From an uncultured bacterium (lineage in GTDB: Bacteria; Patescibacteriota; Minisyncoccia; Phycocordibacterales; GWA1-40-21), in assembly GCA_903822075.1 (NCBI GenBank), contig CAIJNK010000004.1, forward strand, positions 12,661 to 76,660: a stretch of DNA of 64,000 nt, given 5' to 3'. The notes under the pieces are model-generated. The model ran no database searches, had not been told where the DNA came from, and was given only the letters and a program-made list of their open reading frames with translations. Shown piece by piece: positions 38,397 to 46,960 of this stretch. A program made the translations under genes and the position numbers. Within the stretch, counting starts at the first letter, position 1; each line of letters begins with the position of its first letter.

Positions 38397-39731
38397 CTAT
38401 ATATTTTCTTCTACTTTTATCTTATTTATATTGTCAGGGAAATAACGAGTCCAGACAGGACGGAATAAAACCTTGAGACCCAGAATGGAGTCCTTGTATT
38501 TAGCTGAGAGACTCTTCAGATCTGTCTCCTTTCGACCCAACAGGTCTCTTTTTAAGGCGGTAGAATCATACTGCCATTTTATATCTGCGTCACCGGTAAT
38601 CTTGATATCAAGTGCATCATTTTTCCACAAAACCGGACTCGTTCCTTTCAAGGTAGCAATTAAGTTGTCAGCCGGAATAAACGTGACTGGTAATCCATCA
38701 AAGTTGGCAATTTTTTGTGTGGCCAAGTATTTTGCTAATTTTGAATTATTGAAGACAACTCCATTTAGAATGCCTTCGATATTGATTTGGACCTTATTGG
38801 TTTCCACCGCCGTATCCGGTAAATCAGAGAAATCAAGAGAATAGCCATCCTTAAAAAGAAAATAGTTTTCTGGCTTAATGGCGTAGAGCTCTTTAAGTAA
38901 TTGATCTTTTAACTTACCCTTCAGGGCGTCTTCGGTTGATTTTCTTAGATCATCGGCCACGATTCTTTGTTTACCGATAAAACCCCCAACGATGTCTTCT
39001 TTTAATAAAGCATAAAAACCAACATAACGTAGGTCACCTTTAAAACCGGGAATTTTAAAATCACCTTTAAGATCTGAGACTTTGAGGTTATAATCTTCTC
39101 CCGCTTGGTCAGCAACTACAGTGGCTTCGACACTGCCTGGAATGATCTTACCACTTTCTTTATTTTGACCAGGAATAATTACCGATGTGCTTATCCGATA
39201 CACCTTGCCGTTGGCAGCCTCAAATCTGGTATTATTAATTAATCGCTGCGGAGAAGTACTGTAATTATTATATATAACGATCTTTCCGCTCGCTTTCTGA
39301 CTGACTTGTTTCTCGGCTGTTGCTTCAACTGTTTCTCCCAGATCTTCTTTCACTTTCAAAACCTCAAAAGTGAGGTCTGTAGCGGCCGCTGACTCTAACT
39401 TCGCGGAATAGGCATCATTGTTAAAAGTGATTTTTTCCGTCCGCGGGGTGACAATAACTGTGGCCGAGGAAAAGAGTATCGAAACTCCAAAAAATAGTGC
39501 GAGTAAACAGATGATAGCAATAAGCCAGATTACAAATTTGGGATTTAGAGGTTTTCGGTTACCACCGGCAATTTTATTGACTCGACGAGGCTTAAAGTTT
39601 CCCTTATTCTCCTCAAGGTCAACAATTTCTTTTTTCAAATCTTGGTAATCGGCTTTTTTATCTTTAGATAAGGGAATCTGCCGGATTGAACGCTTGGACG
39701 GAAGCATGTCGTTTATAATTTTTTTAGTCAT
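38397..39731 (-). CDS. Single-TM protein with large extracellular domain, function unknown
   Basis: Basic N-terminus, TM helix, KASGKIVIYN and V.AD..G..YN segments; abuts the upstream gene. Confidence 0.75.
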   Translation of the reverse strand: MTKKIINDMLPSKRSIRQIPLSKDKKADYQDLKKEIVDLEENKGNFKPRRVNKIAGGNRKPLNPKFVIWLIAIICLLALFFGVSILFSSATVIVTPRTEKITFNNDAYSAKLESAAATDLTFEVLKVKEDLGETVEATAEKQVSQKASGKIVIYNNYSTSPQRLINNTRFEAANGKVYRISTSVIIPGQNKESGKIIPGSVEATVVADQAGEDYNLKVSDLKGDFKIPGFKGDLRYVGFYALLKEDIVGGFIGKQRIVADDLRKSTEDALKGKLKDQLLKELYAIKPENYFLFKDGYSLDFSDLPDTAVETNKVQINIEGILNGVVFNNSKLAKYLATQKIANFDGLPVTFIPADNLIATLKGTSPVLWKNDALDIKITGDADIKWQYDSTALKRDLLGRKETDLKSLSAKYKDSILGLKVLFRPVWTRYFPDNINKIKVEENI

Positions 39732-39737
39732 ATTTAT

Positions 39738-40883
39738 TTATATTTTATAAAGTTTATCCAAAAACATTAATCCTAATTTATAAACGGTATCGGCAATGTC
39801 AGATGACGACTTTATCTTTTTATTTTCAATAATCAACACTTTAAAATCCCGTTTTTCGAGCTTATCTTTTAAGAACGGAATCAAATCGCTATTGGCAATC
39901 AAAAAAATACATTCCGGCACATAGATTTTATCCTTAAGACTGTCTAGAACCTCAAAAATCTTGCTTAACCAGTTTCGAGCAGCACTGTCCATCGCCATGG
40001 CCAATCTCATGGCCGCTAATTGGTCATTACTTTTTGCGGTCTGCATGCTAATCATAGAATCGGCAATTTCTGGAGTGACTTTTAACTCCTTTGATAATTC
40101 GCGTATGAAATCGTTACGGCCCAAAGGGATGGAAGCGGCACTAATCATGACGTTATCCTTAATAATGGAAATATCGGTCATTTCCTCACTAATATCAATA
40201 TGGATAAAATCTTTTTTTTGCGGAAATAGATCCTGAATAATCGAGAAAGTTGATAAAGACAAAGAGTGACACCAAACGTTTTTAACATTGAAAGTTTTAG
40301 AAACGGCTGAATCGATAGTAAGGAGAATATCTTCGGGCACGACACTGAAGAAGACAGAAAGTTCTAAATCCTTTGCTTGCTTACCATAAAAATTATCCAC
40401 AGCATAACCATTTACTTTTACTTGAATTATCTTTTGTTCAATAATTTTTCCAACTTTGGATATACCCGCTTGAAATTGTTTTTCTTGCTCCTTTATCAAC
40501 TTACTCAAATAGCTTTCGGTAATTTTAATCGGTTTCTGATCTTTTATTCGGATCGTTTTAGTCTGAGAAACGCTCCAAGGGGAAGAAAAAACATAAAAAA
40601 CGCGATCGATTCTTATCTTTCGACCCGTACTAGCCTCAATTTTTTTTAACCCCTCAGCTTGAATCCTGGCGGCCAAGGTCGTCAAGGAAGATTTCAGCAA
40701 TTCCAGATGTTTTGGGACAGAAATTTCATCCTGAAAAGGAATTATTTCTTTGCTGTAATATGTAACATCCTCACCCTCTTTTTCTGAAAAATTGATTATT
40801 CCGCCCGCCACGCTTCCGCTGCTAATATTAAAAACCAAAGAATAGCTACCTTTATTTCTTTTTCCAAAAGAAAAGAACGACAT
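39738..40883 (-). CDS. Divergent actin-fold (FtsA/PilM-like) protein
   Basis: LVFNISSGSV and FIHIDIS.E.TDIS resemble the two phosphate loops; IPLG..DF; leaderless start at MSFFSF. Confidence 0.6.
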   Translation of the reverse strand: MSFFSFGKRNKGSYSLVFNISSGSVAGGIINFSEKEGEDVTYYSKEIIPFQDEISVPKHLELLKSSLTTLAARIQAEGLKKIEASTGRKIRIDRVFYVFSSPWSVSQTKTIRIKDQKPIKITESYLSKLIKEQEKQFQAGISKVGKIIEQKIIQVKVNGYAVDNFYGKQAKDLELSVFFSVVPEDILLTIDSAVSKTFNVKNVWCHSLSLSTFSIIQDLFPQKKDFIHIDISEEMTDISIIKDNVMISAASIPLGRNDFIRELSKELKVTPEIADSMISMQTAKSNDQLAAMRLAMAMDSAARNWLSKIFEVLDSLKDKIYVPECIFLIANSDLIPFLKDKLEKRDFKVLIIENKKIKSSSDIADTVYKLGLMFLDKLYKI

Positions 40884-40927
40884 GCTTACATTATAATACA
40901 CATCATTTGTAACCGCAAATTTTGGCA

Positions 40928-40970
40928 TGAAAAAACCCGGCACCGTCTTGTTAGACTGCGTGCCGGATTT
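40928..40970 (-). terminator. Intrinsic terminator
   Basis: AAAUCCGGCAC...GUGCCGGGUUUUUU. Confidence 0.7.
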
Positions 40971-40993
40971 GTTAACGATTACGCCACCAACCA

Positions 40994-41185
40994 TTATTCG
41001 GTGGGAGTGAACGGCAAGTTAAGTACGGTGGCTACCTTCCGCCCAAGTGTGTTTGCCTCACCTTTTGGCGTGCACCCGTTGAAGCCGTTTAGAAAGTTGG
41101 CAACGAATACCGAACCTCCGATAGTAATCTCTACCCGATAGTTATTTGGCGGATTAGGATCACCTCGATCTGCATAATACGCAAG
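40994..41185 (-). pseudogene. Headless 63-codon open frame abutting the alaS 3' end
   Basis: LAYYADRGDPNPPNNYRVEITIGG...LNLPFTPTE; no ATG/GTG start near its 5' end; followed by a terminator. Confidence 0.35.
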
Positions 41186-43070
41186 TCAATACAGCCTTGA
41201 TACGTCTGACTCCAGCCGAAACCGCTTCTTCTTTGACAATTTTAAAGTGACCAAGCTCGGAAGTATTGGAAACATGTGGACCGCCGCAGAACTCGGCGCT
41301 GAAATCATCGATTTTGTAGACTTTGACGACATCGCCATACTTGGACAAATCAAAAGACAGGGTGGTGACGATTTTCTTGGCCTCCTCTTTCGGCAATTCC
41401 ATCATTTGCACTGGAATTTTTTCGGCGATTTTTTCATTAACCAGATCTTCCACTTTTTTAATCTGCTCCGGCATTAATTTCTCCGGCCAATTGAAATCAA
41501 ACCGCATTCTTTCCACGGTGATATTGCTTCCCTTCTGGACAATTTCCCCACCCAATACTTTTCGTAACGCACTCAACAGTAAGTGAGTGGCTGTATGATA
41601 TTTGGTCTCAATTTCTCCTGTTCCAGCCAACCCACCCTTGAATTTTTGTTCGGATCCAGCTTTGGAAATGGCTTGGTGTTTTATATATGCATTTTTGGCC
41701 TCTTTCATAGTTTGCTCATCAAATGCTAATCCCCATCCAGACATAATCTCTTGTGATATCTCAATCGGAACCCCATACGATTGATAGATATTAAAAATTA
41801 TTTCCCCATTCACCCGGATTACATTTCCAGTAATAACCGTACCTGGCGGTAAATTTTCTGGATCTATACCACCAATAGCTGAGTTAAATATCTTTTTTAA
41901 TGATTGTATACCATCTCGTAGTGTTCTTCTAAACTTTTCATCCTCATTTTTAATCACATCCAAAATCTCATTTTCTTTGACTAAAAGGATTGGATAAGCA
42001 TATGAAAGTTCAGCTATAGCCGCTTTGGCAATGTTTAAAATTTCTTCATTTTTTATGCCTAGCTGATCAATATATCTGATGGCCCGGCGTAAAACCCTAC
42101 GCAAAACATAACCGGCTTCCGTATTTGAAGGCGTAACACCATCAGAAATAATCATCACGGCTGAACGAATATGGTCAGCCACAATTCTCTCTGCTTTTTC
42201 ATCACGCTTAATTGCGAGTCTCTTGATTAAACCTAAAAGAGACTCAAAAATATCCGTCTCAAATACATTTTCCTTACCCTGCATTACCACCGTAGTGCGT
42301 TCCAAACCCATGCCTGTGTCTACGTTTGGTTTGGCTAGCATTTCATACTTACCATCGGCGGTCTTATTAAATTCCATGAACACGTTATTCCACACTTCAA
42401 TCAATCGGCCTGACTTCACCAAATCTGCAAATTTGCCTTCCAACTTTCCACCTTTTTCTTCACCTAGGACATCGTAAAACATTTCTGTATCTCCTCCACA
42501 CGGGCCAGTAGCGCCGGCAATCCAAAAATTGTCATCTTTGCCCAACGGCAGGATTCTAATTTCACCTTTAATGTATTCGTCGTCACCAGAAACTTCCGCC
42601 TCAATGCCATGCTTGGCAAAATTTTCTTTCCAAATCCTTATTGAATCATTATCTCGCGGAATTCCATCCTCACCCTTGAACACGGTCATGTAAAACCTAC
42701 TGGGATCCAAACCTAGCCCTTCTTCTTTACTTGTCAGGAATTCAAGACTCCAAGCTATAGACTCCTCTTTGAAATAATCTCCAAGTGACCAATTACCCAT
42801 CATTTCAAAAAATGTGCAGTGGCGATTGTCACCCACATCATCAATATCCCCGGTTCGAACGCATTTCTGCACATCTACCAATCTCGTACCAGCCGGATGC
42901 TTGGCACCAAGCAAATATGGCACCAATGGCTGCATGCCAGCCGTGGTAAAAAGAGTACCTTTGTCCGGAATATCATAATTGGCCGGCAACAAAGAAGCTG
43001 AAGGTATTACTTTATGCCCTCTTTTTTCAAAAAATTTCAAATACCGTTCGCGGATTTCTTGGCTTTTCAT
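41160..43070 (-). CDS. alaS: Alanine-tRNA ligase (no C-Ala domain)
   Basis: LFTTAGMQP, HCTFFEM.GN.S.GDYFK, DTGMGLER, HTATH and CGGPH motifs. Confidence 0.97.
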   Translation of the reverse strand: MKSQEIRERYLKFFEKRGHKVIPSASLLPANYDIPDKGTLFTTAGMQPLVPYLLGAKHPAGTRLVDVQKCVRTGDIDDVGDNRHCTFFEMMGNWSLGDYFKEESIAWSLEFLTSKEEGLGLDPSRFYMTVFKGEDGIPRDNDSIRIWKENFAKHGIEAEVSGDDEYIKGEIRILPLGKDDNFWIAGATGPCGGDTEMFYDVLGEEKGGKLEGKFADLVKSGRLIEVWNNVFMEFNKTADGKYEMLAKPNVDTGMGLERTTVVMQGKENVFETDIFESLLGLIKRLAIKRDEKAERIVADHIRSAVMIISDGVTPSNTEAGYVLRRVLRRAIRYIDQLGIKNEEILNIAKAAIAELSYAYPILLVKENEILDVIKNEDEKFRRTLRDGIQSLKKIFNSAIGGIDPENLPPGTVITGNVIRVNGEIIFNIYQSYGVPIEISQEIMSGWGLAFDEQTMKEAKNAYIKHQAISKAGSEQKFKGGLAGTGEIETKYHTATHLLLSALRKVLGGEIVQKGSNITVERMRFDFNWPEKLMPEQIKKVEDLVNEKIAEKIPVQMMELPKEEAKKIVTTLSFDLSKYGDVVKVYKIDDFSAEFCGGPHVSNTSELGHFKIVKEEAVSAGVRRIKAVLTCVLCRSR

Positions 43071-43106
43071 AGGGTAAAATATAACACAAAGCCGGTTTTT
43101 CGCAAA

Positions 43107-43137
43107 GAAAAACCGGCGGGATTGCTCCACGCCGGTT
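43107..43137 (-). terminator. Terminator after the 103-aa gene
   Basis: AACCGGCG/CGCCGGUU followed by UUUCUUU. Confidence 0.65.
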
Positions 43138-43163
43138 AATTTACCTTCTTTTTCAACAAGATC

Positions 43164-43475
43164 TCATATCCCGCATTTTTTCCACTCAATTTCACGTGTG
43201 GGAAGTAGCCAGTGGCAATTCATCACAACCACGGGGTATTGACCTGTAAGTAATTTTGGCTGCTGAATTATCCCCGCTTCAATAAGTTCAAGCGCGAGCC
43301 GGGCGCATTTATTCCCGTATTCTCCCCAATACTTACCATGGCAGACGTCAATCAACATCAGCCAGGCCATAGGTGTTTTGCAGGCAGTCGCGGTATAAAT
43401 GATCTCCACGTCCGCCAGTCTCACATAGCCCTTGGCAAGATCCATAATACACGTTGAGAACCTGAGTCCGATCAT
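43164..43475 (-). CDS. Hypothetical protein downstream of an attenuator
   Basis: GGAGG SD; 103 aa; no recognised family. Confidence 0.75.
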   Translation of the reverse strand: MIGLRFSTCIMDLAKGYVRLADVEIIYTATACKTPMAWLMLIDVCHGKYWGEYGNKCARLALELIEAGIIQQPKLLTGQYPVVVMNCHWLLPTREIEWKKCGI

Positions 43476-43536
43476 TCTTACCTCCGCATGTTGTTTATTG
43501 TTGAAATTTTCGAAAGAACATATTTTTGCATGTCTT

Positions 43537-43691
43537 ACTAAAACAAAACGAGCCCTCGTATTTGAGGACTCGTTTTTTTGATTAATTTTGTTTTAGTATT
43601 TTTAATCAGAAAAACCAACCCTCAAAACTGAAGGGCTAAAAAAGAAGAAATATGCGGTTTTCAGACTGATTAAGGCCATATAGATAGTATA
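43537..43691 (-). promoter_or_regulatory. Ribosome-mediated transcription attenuator (Phe-rich leader)
   Basis: TATACT-N6-ATG, leader ORF, mutually exclusive 2:3 and 3:4 hairpins, U-rich tail. Confidence 0.75.
43602..43679 (-). CDS. Leader peptide MALISLKTAYFFFFSPSVLRVGFSD
   Basis: Manual translation; four consecutive Phe codons (TTC TTC TTT TTT). Confidence 0.7.
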   Translation of the reverse strand: MALISLKTAYFFFFSPSVLRVGFSD

Positions 43692-43733
43692 TATAAGTAA
43701 ATAATATGAGCAAGGCTACTCTGTGGATAACTG

Positions 43734-44549
43734 CTAACCAAATAAAGTATCTTTTTCGTCTGCTGATTTCTTAATCTTTTCCTGTTTCACCAAAGCTTGG
43801 AGACATTCCCCGGCGGCCTTACGATAATTGCAATAATCACAATCTGAATTCGGTATAGGTGCATTTGGTAAATCTAAACATTTTTTCATCTCAAAAATTG
43901 TCTTCTCAATCCAGTCAGTTTTACCGGTATAAGAGATGATAGTAATGTCGAAATCAAGCTTGCCGTCAAAAGCCTCTCGATCCGTCTTGCCATTTACATA
44001 AACAAAGTAACCGGTATTCGAGACTTTATAACCATTTTGCTTAAAAAGCCACTGATATATTTCCATCTGTCTTTTGTATTGAATTTTCCATTCATCATCA
44101 AGCGTGATTTCTTCCTCCTTACTGGTTGCTTTATAATCAACAACAATAAGTTCACCTTTGGAATTTATCCAAATATCATCAACCCCTCCGCGAAGTATAA
44201 TATTTGTCGGTTTATGCAAAAATGAAATACCGCGTTTTAAGGCATCACGCCATTCTTCCATTTTAGGATCGTCATAGGGCACAGCCTCGATACCGTATGT
44301 TTTCATTAGCGGATGTGCAGTATGCCGAGCCCGATGAATATCAAACTCTTTCTTCATCAAAAAGTCTACCGCGTTATTCAGGGTCAGCGGAAAAGAAGCC
44401 GGTCGGCCGACTCCGCATTTCTGATCCAAATAAAAACAACGCTCACAGTTCAAAAATAAATCCAACTTTGATCTGGATAAGCGGTGTGGGTCCTTGGAAT
44501 TAGAATCATACAAACCTCGCGTCCTTTTGGCTTTATAATATTGACTCAT
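43734..44549 (-). CDS. PD-(D/E)XK nuclease family protein (RecB/AddB-like)
   Basis: LSRS....F..C.RC, G.VDD, VVDYK, Q..IY and C..C motifs. Confidence 0.85.
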   Translation of the reverse strand: MSQYYKAKRTRGLYDSNSKDPHRLSRSKLDLFLNCERCFYLDQKCGVGRPASFPLTLNNAVDFLMKKEFDIHRARHTAHPLMKTYGIEAVPYDDPKMEEWRDALKRGISFLHKPTNIILRGGVDDIWINSKGELIVVDYKATSKEEEITLDDEWKIQYKRQMEIYQWLFKQNGYKVSNTGYFVYVNGKTDREAFDGKLDFDITIISYTGKTDWIEKTIFEMKKCLDLPNAPIPNSDCDYCNYRKAAGECLQALVKQEKIKKSADEKDTLFG

Positions 44550-45462
44550 TGTTTTCTGGCTTTATGTTAAGAGAGGTCTCGGCTTTTTTATTAATTTGGG
44601 CTAGTTCGTCAGGACCAACACATTCCTTGCATAAGTCGTAAACTTCCTTAATGACAGACTGGGCTTTCAAATCATCAAAACCATAACTTTTAAGTAGACC
44701 AAAATCCCCCAACTGCTTGGATAAGACAATGTCGTTAGCCAAAAACATTTTCTTCTCGCTCTGATTCAAAGTGGTCAACACCGTCAAAGGTACCAAGTTC
44801 AGTCCTTCAATCAAGTGATGCAGGTTCTTGTCATGCGGATAATTCCAGCCCACCATGTTCAGATGCACACATTCGCCATACTGAATGGCGGTGGAAGAAA
44901 AATTCGTATTGGTTATCAGCATGCCTCTGGTCAGCTTCCTCTCTTTTCCCCCGAATTTAAAAACGGTATTCTGCAAATCCTCAAACCGGGCCTTGATATA
45001 AAGTGCCACCTTCAGATCAGAGTGTGCGCCAAAATCCGTGTGAAATTTGGCTTCGGTCATGATGAGTTCCTTATCATTAAAAGCCACCACATCTATCTCA
45101 TGCGGAACGCAGGTGCCAAGCACAATCTGATCTGTGAACGTCTGATAGCCCTGTGCCTTGAATATCTCCGCCACAAATTTTTCAAAAGGAAAACCGGACG
45201 GTCCAAGCTCGGCAATCGCCCGTTTCAGGGAATAGCGCAAAGCCACTGGCCGCTGATGTTTACGAAGTAGGGTAAAAGCCTGTCGGTAAATTTCTTTGGT
45301 GGTATGTCCTTCTTCGGTCAAATCACTCTCGATTTTTTGAACAATCATGTCTGCTGTCTCCTTATCTGTGCCGATTTTCCGCAAAGAACGCAAAAGCTTC
45401 TCCCTATCAAAAAGTTCCCTTGTCCCGTCGGCTTTGATTATGTAGATTCCTTTTGGTGGCAT
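44533..45462 (-). CDS. ATP-cone domain fused to a restriction-endonuclease-like (Mrr-type) domain
   Basis: IIKADG..E.FD..KL..SL ATP cone; FE..VA, HEIDV and EAK motifs. Confidence 0.8.
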   Translation of the reverse strand: MPPKGIYIIKADGTRELFDREKLLRSLRKIGTDKETADMIVQKIESDLTEEGHTTKEIYRQAFTLLRKHQRPVALRYSLKRAIAELGPSGFPFEKFVAEIFKAQGYQTFTDQIVLGTCVPHEIDVVAFNDKELIMTEAKFHTDFGAHSDLKVALYIKARFEDLQNTVFKFGGKERKLTRGMLITNTNFSSTAIQYGECVHLNMVGWNYPHDKNLHHLIEGLNLVPLTVLTTLNQSEKKMFLANDIVLSKQLGDFGLLKSYGFDDLKAQSVIKEVYDLCKECVGPDELAQINKKAETSLNIKPENNESIL

Positions 45463-45469
45463 TAGGAGA

Positions 45470-46627
45470 TTATAACATAATCCCCCCGCCCAAGCATATA
45501 TCACCGTCATAAATGACCACTGATTGACCAGCAGCGGGTGATTTTTGCGCGTTTTTGAAGATTATTTGATATTTGTTACCATTCAGTAACATAATTCCGC
45601 AATCTGAGAGTTCACCGCGATAGCGAATCCGCGCGGAATATTCTTTCTTAAAATCTGGTGGAGTACCTAATGTCCAACTTACATCGCGGAGGATAAATTC
45701 TTTCAAATTTTGGTTTTCATTTTTTACTATATTTTCGGAAACAGTAATAGTGTTCTTTCTAATGCTTTTTGAGATCACAAACTTTTTATTATCATCCGGT
45801 GAACTCTGAGTAATATTGAAGCCATGACGCTGGCCAATAGTGTAGAGTTCGGCGCCGTCATGTCGGCCAATGATTTCACCTTGCTCGTTCAGGACGTTTC
45901 CGGGAACAGTCTTTATAAAGTGTTTCAAAAAATCCGCCATTTCCACCTTACCAATAAAGCACAAACCTTGGCTGTCTTTCTTTACGGCTGTATTCAAACC
46001 AAATTTCTTGGCCAATTTTCGCACCTCCGGTTTTTCCAGATCTCCCACCGGAAACAAAGTTTTTGACAGTTGCTTTTGCGTCAATGTCCACAAAAAATAA
46101 CTTTGGTCTTTATTTTTATCTCGGCCGGCAAGAAGGACGACAGGACTTTGGGAAAAATTTGTCGCGTAGGACCCACCTCGTCCTCGAGGAAGGGTAAAGC
46201 GCGAATTTTTTGCAAAGTCCTGTCGTTCTGATTTCACTTGGGCATAATGCCCGGTCGCCACGTAATCCGCGCCGTTTTTCATCGCCCAATCAAAATAACC
46301 GCCAAACTTCACATATTTATTACACATCACATCCGGATTTGGTGTCCGGCCTGCCATATATTCGGCAATCATGTAATCCACCACTTCTTTCTTATATTCT
46401 TCTTCCAGATCCAAGGTGTAAAACGGAATCTTTAATTTGGCGCAGACCCGCATCGCATCCAGCCTATCCTCCTTCATAGTGCAGCCGCCCCAGAAATCCG
46501 GTTGCCAGACTTTTATGAACACACCACGCACATCAAAACCGGCTTGTTTCAACAGTGCGGCTGACACAGAACTGTCCACGCCGCCGGACATACCCACAAA
46601 AACTTTTTTCTTTTGGCTTTTTTGCAT
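45470..46627 (-). CDS. mnmA: tRNA 2-thiouridylase MnmA
   Basis: MSGGVDS, TPNPD..CN, ATGHY, KDQSYFL, DSQGLCF and TIGQR motifs. Confidence 0.97.
   Translation of the reverse strand: MQKSQKKKVFVGMSGGVDSSVSAALLKQAGFDVRGVFIKVWQPDFWGGCTMKEDRLDAMRVCAKLKIPFYTLDLEEEYKKEVVDYMIAEYMAGRTPNPDVMCNKYVKFGGYFDWAMKNGADYVATGHYAQVKSERQDFAKNSRFTLPRGRGGSYATNFSQSPVVLLAGRDKNKDQSYFLWTLTQKQLSKTLFPVGDLEKPEVRKLAKKFGLNTAVKKDSQGLCFIGKVEMADFLKHFIKTVPGNVLNEQGEIIGRHDGAELYTIGQRHGFNITQSSPDDNKKFVISKSIRKNTITVSENIVKNENQNLKEFILRDVSWTLGTPPDFKKEYSARIRYRGELSDCGIMLLNGNKYQIIFKNAQKSPAAGQSVVIYDGDICLGGGIML
46137..46226. repeat. 90-bp palindromic element inside mnmA
   Basis: Perfect 14-bp terminal inverted repeat ACGACAGGACTTTG/CAAAGTCCTGTCGT; inner CCTCG/CGAGG hairpin. 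Confidence 0.75.
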
Positions 46628-46695
46628 AAAATCGCTTTACTTTTATACCACAAATGCTATGCTTTAGCCAGATACAGGATCTTAAGGAGATAAAA

Positions 46696-46923
46696 GTGGC
46701 AAAAATTTCAAAAGTCGAAACACAGTTAGGCTGTGGCTGCGGAACAAAATTGACGCTGAACACCGACATACCGGAAGGAACTCATTTTGAGCGAATACCG
46801 GAGCTAATCATCGCCGATGGGAAGACGAAGGGCTGGAAAGTAAACCTAAATGGTGCTTTCGATGATTGCGACAGATGTCACCGCGAAAGGCATCGCGGAA
46901 CGTTGCATCAAACAATGCGTTGA
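46696..46923 (+). CDS. Small hypothetical protein with CxC and CxxC (possible zinc ribbon)
   Basis: AAGGAG SD with GTG start; CGC and CDRC; terminator follows. Confidence 0.6.
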   Translation: MAKISKVETQLGCGCGTKLTLNTDIPEGTHFERIPELIIADGKTKGWKVNLNGAFDDCDRCHRERHRGTLHQTMR

Positions 46924-46932
46924 TACACACCC

Positions 46933-46958
46933 AAGCGGACCAATTACGGTCCGCTTTT
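46933..46958. terminator. Hairpin terminator between convergent genes
   Basis: AAGCGGACC-aattac-GGTCCGCTT followed by TT. Confidence 0.7.
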
Positions 46959-46960
46959 CA

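Noticed and set aside
43722-43730. Replication origin suggested by a perfect DnaA box (TTATCCACA, minus strand)
   Set aside because: A single box, with no cluster, no dnaA/dnaN and no switch in gene orientation; local DnaA regulation is not excluded.
43734-44549. cas4 of a CRISPR system
   Set aside because: No other cas genes or array; a standalone PD-(D/E)XK nuclease is sufficient.
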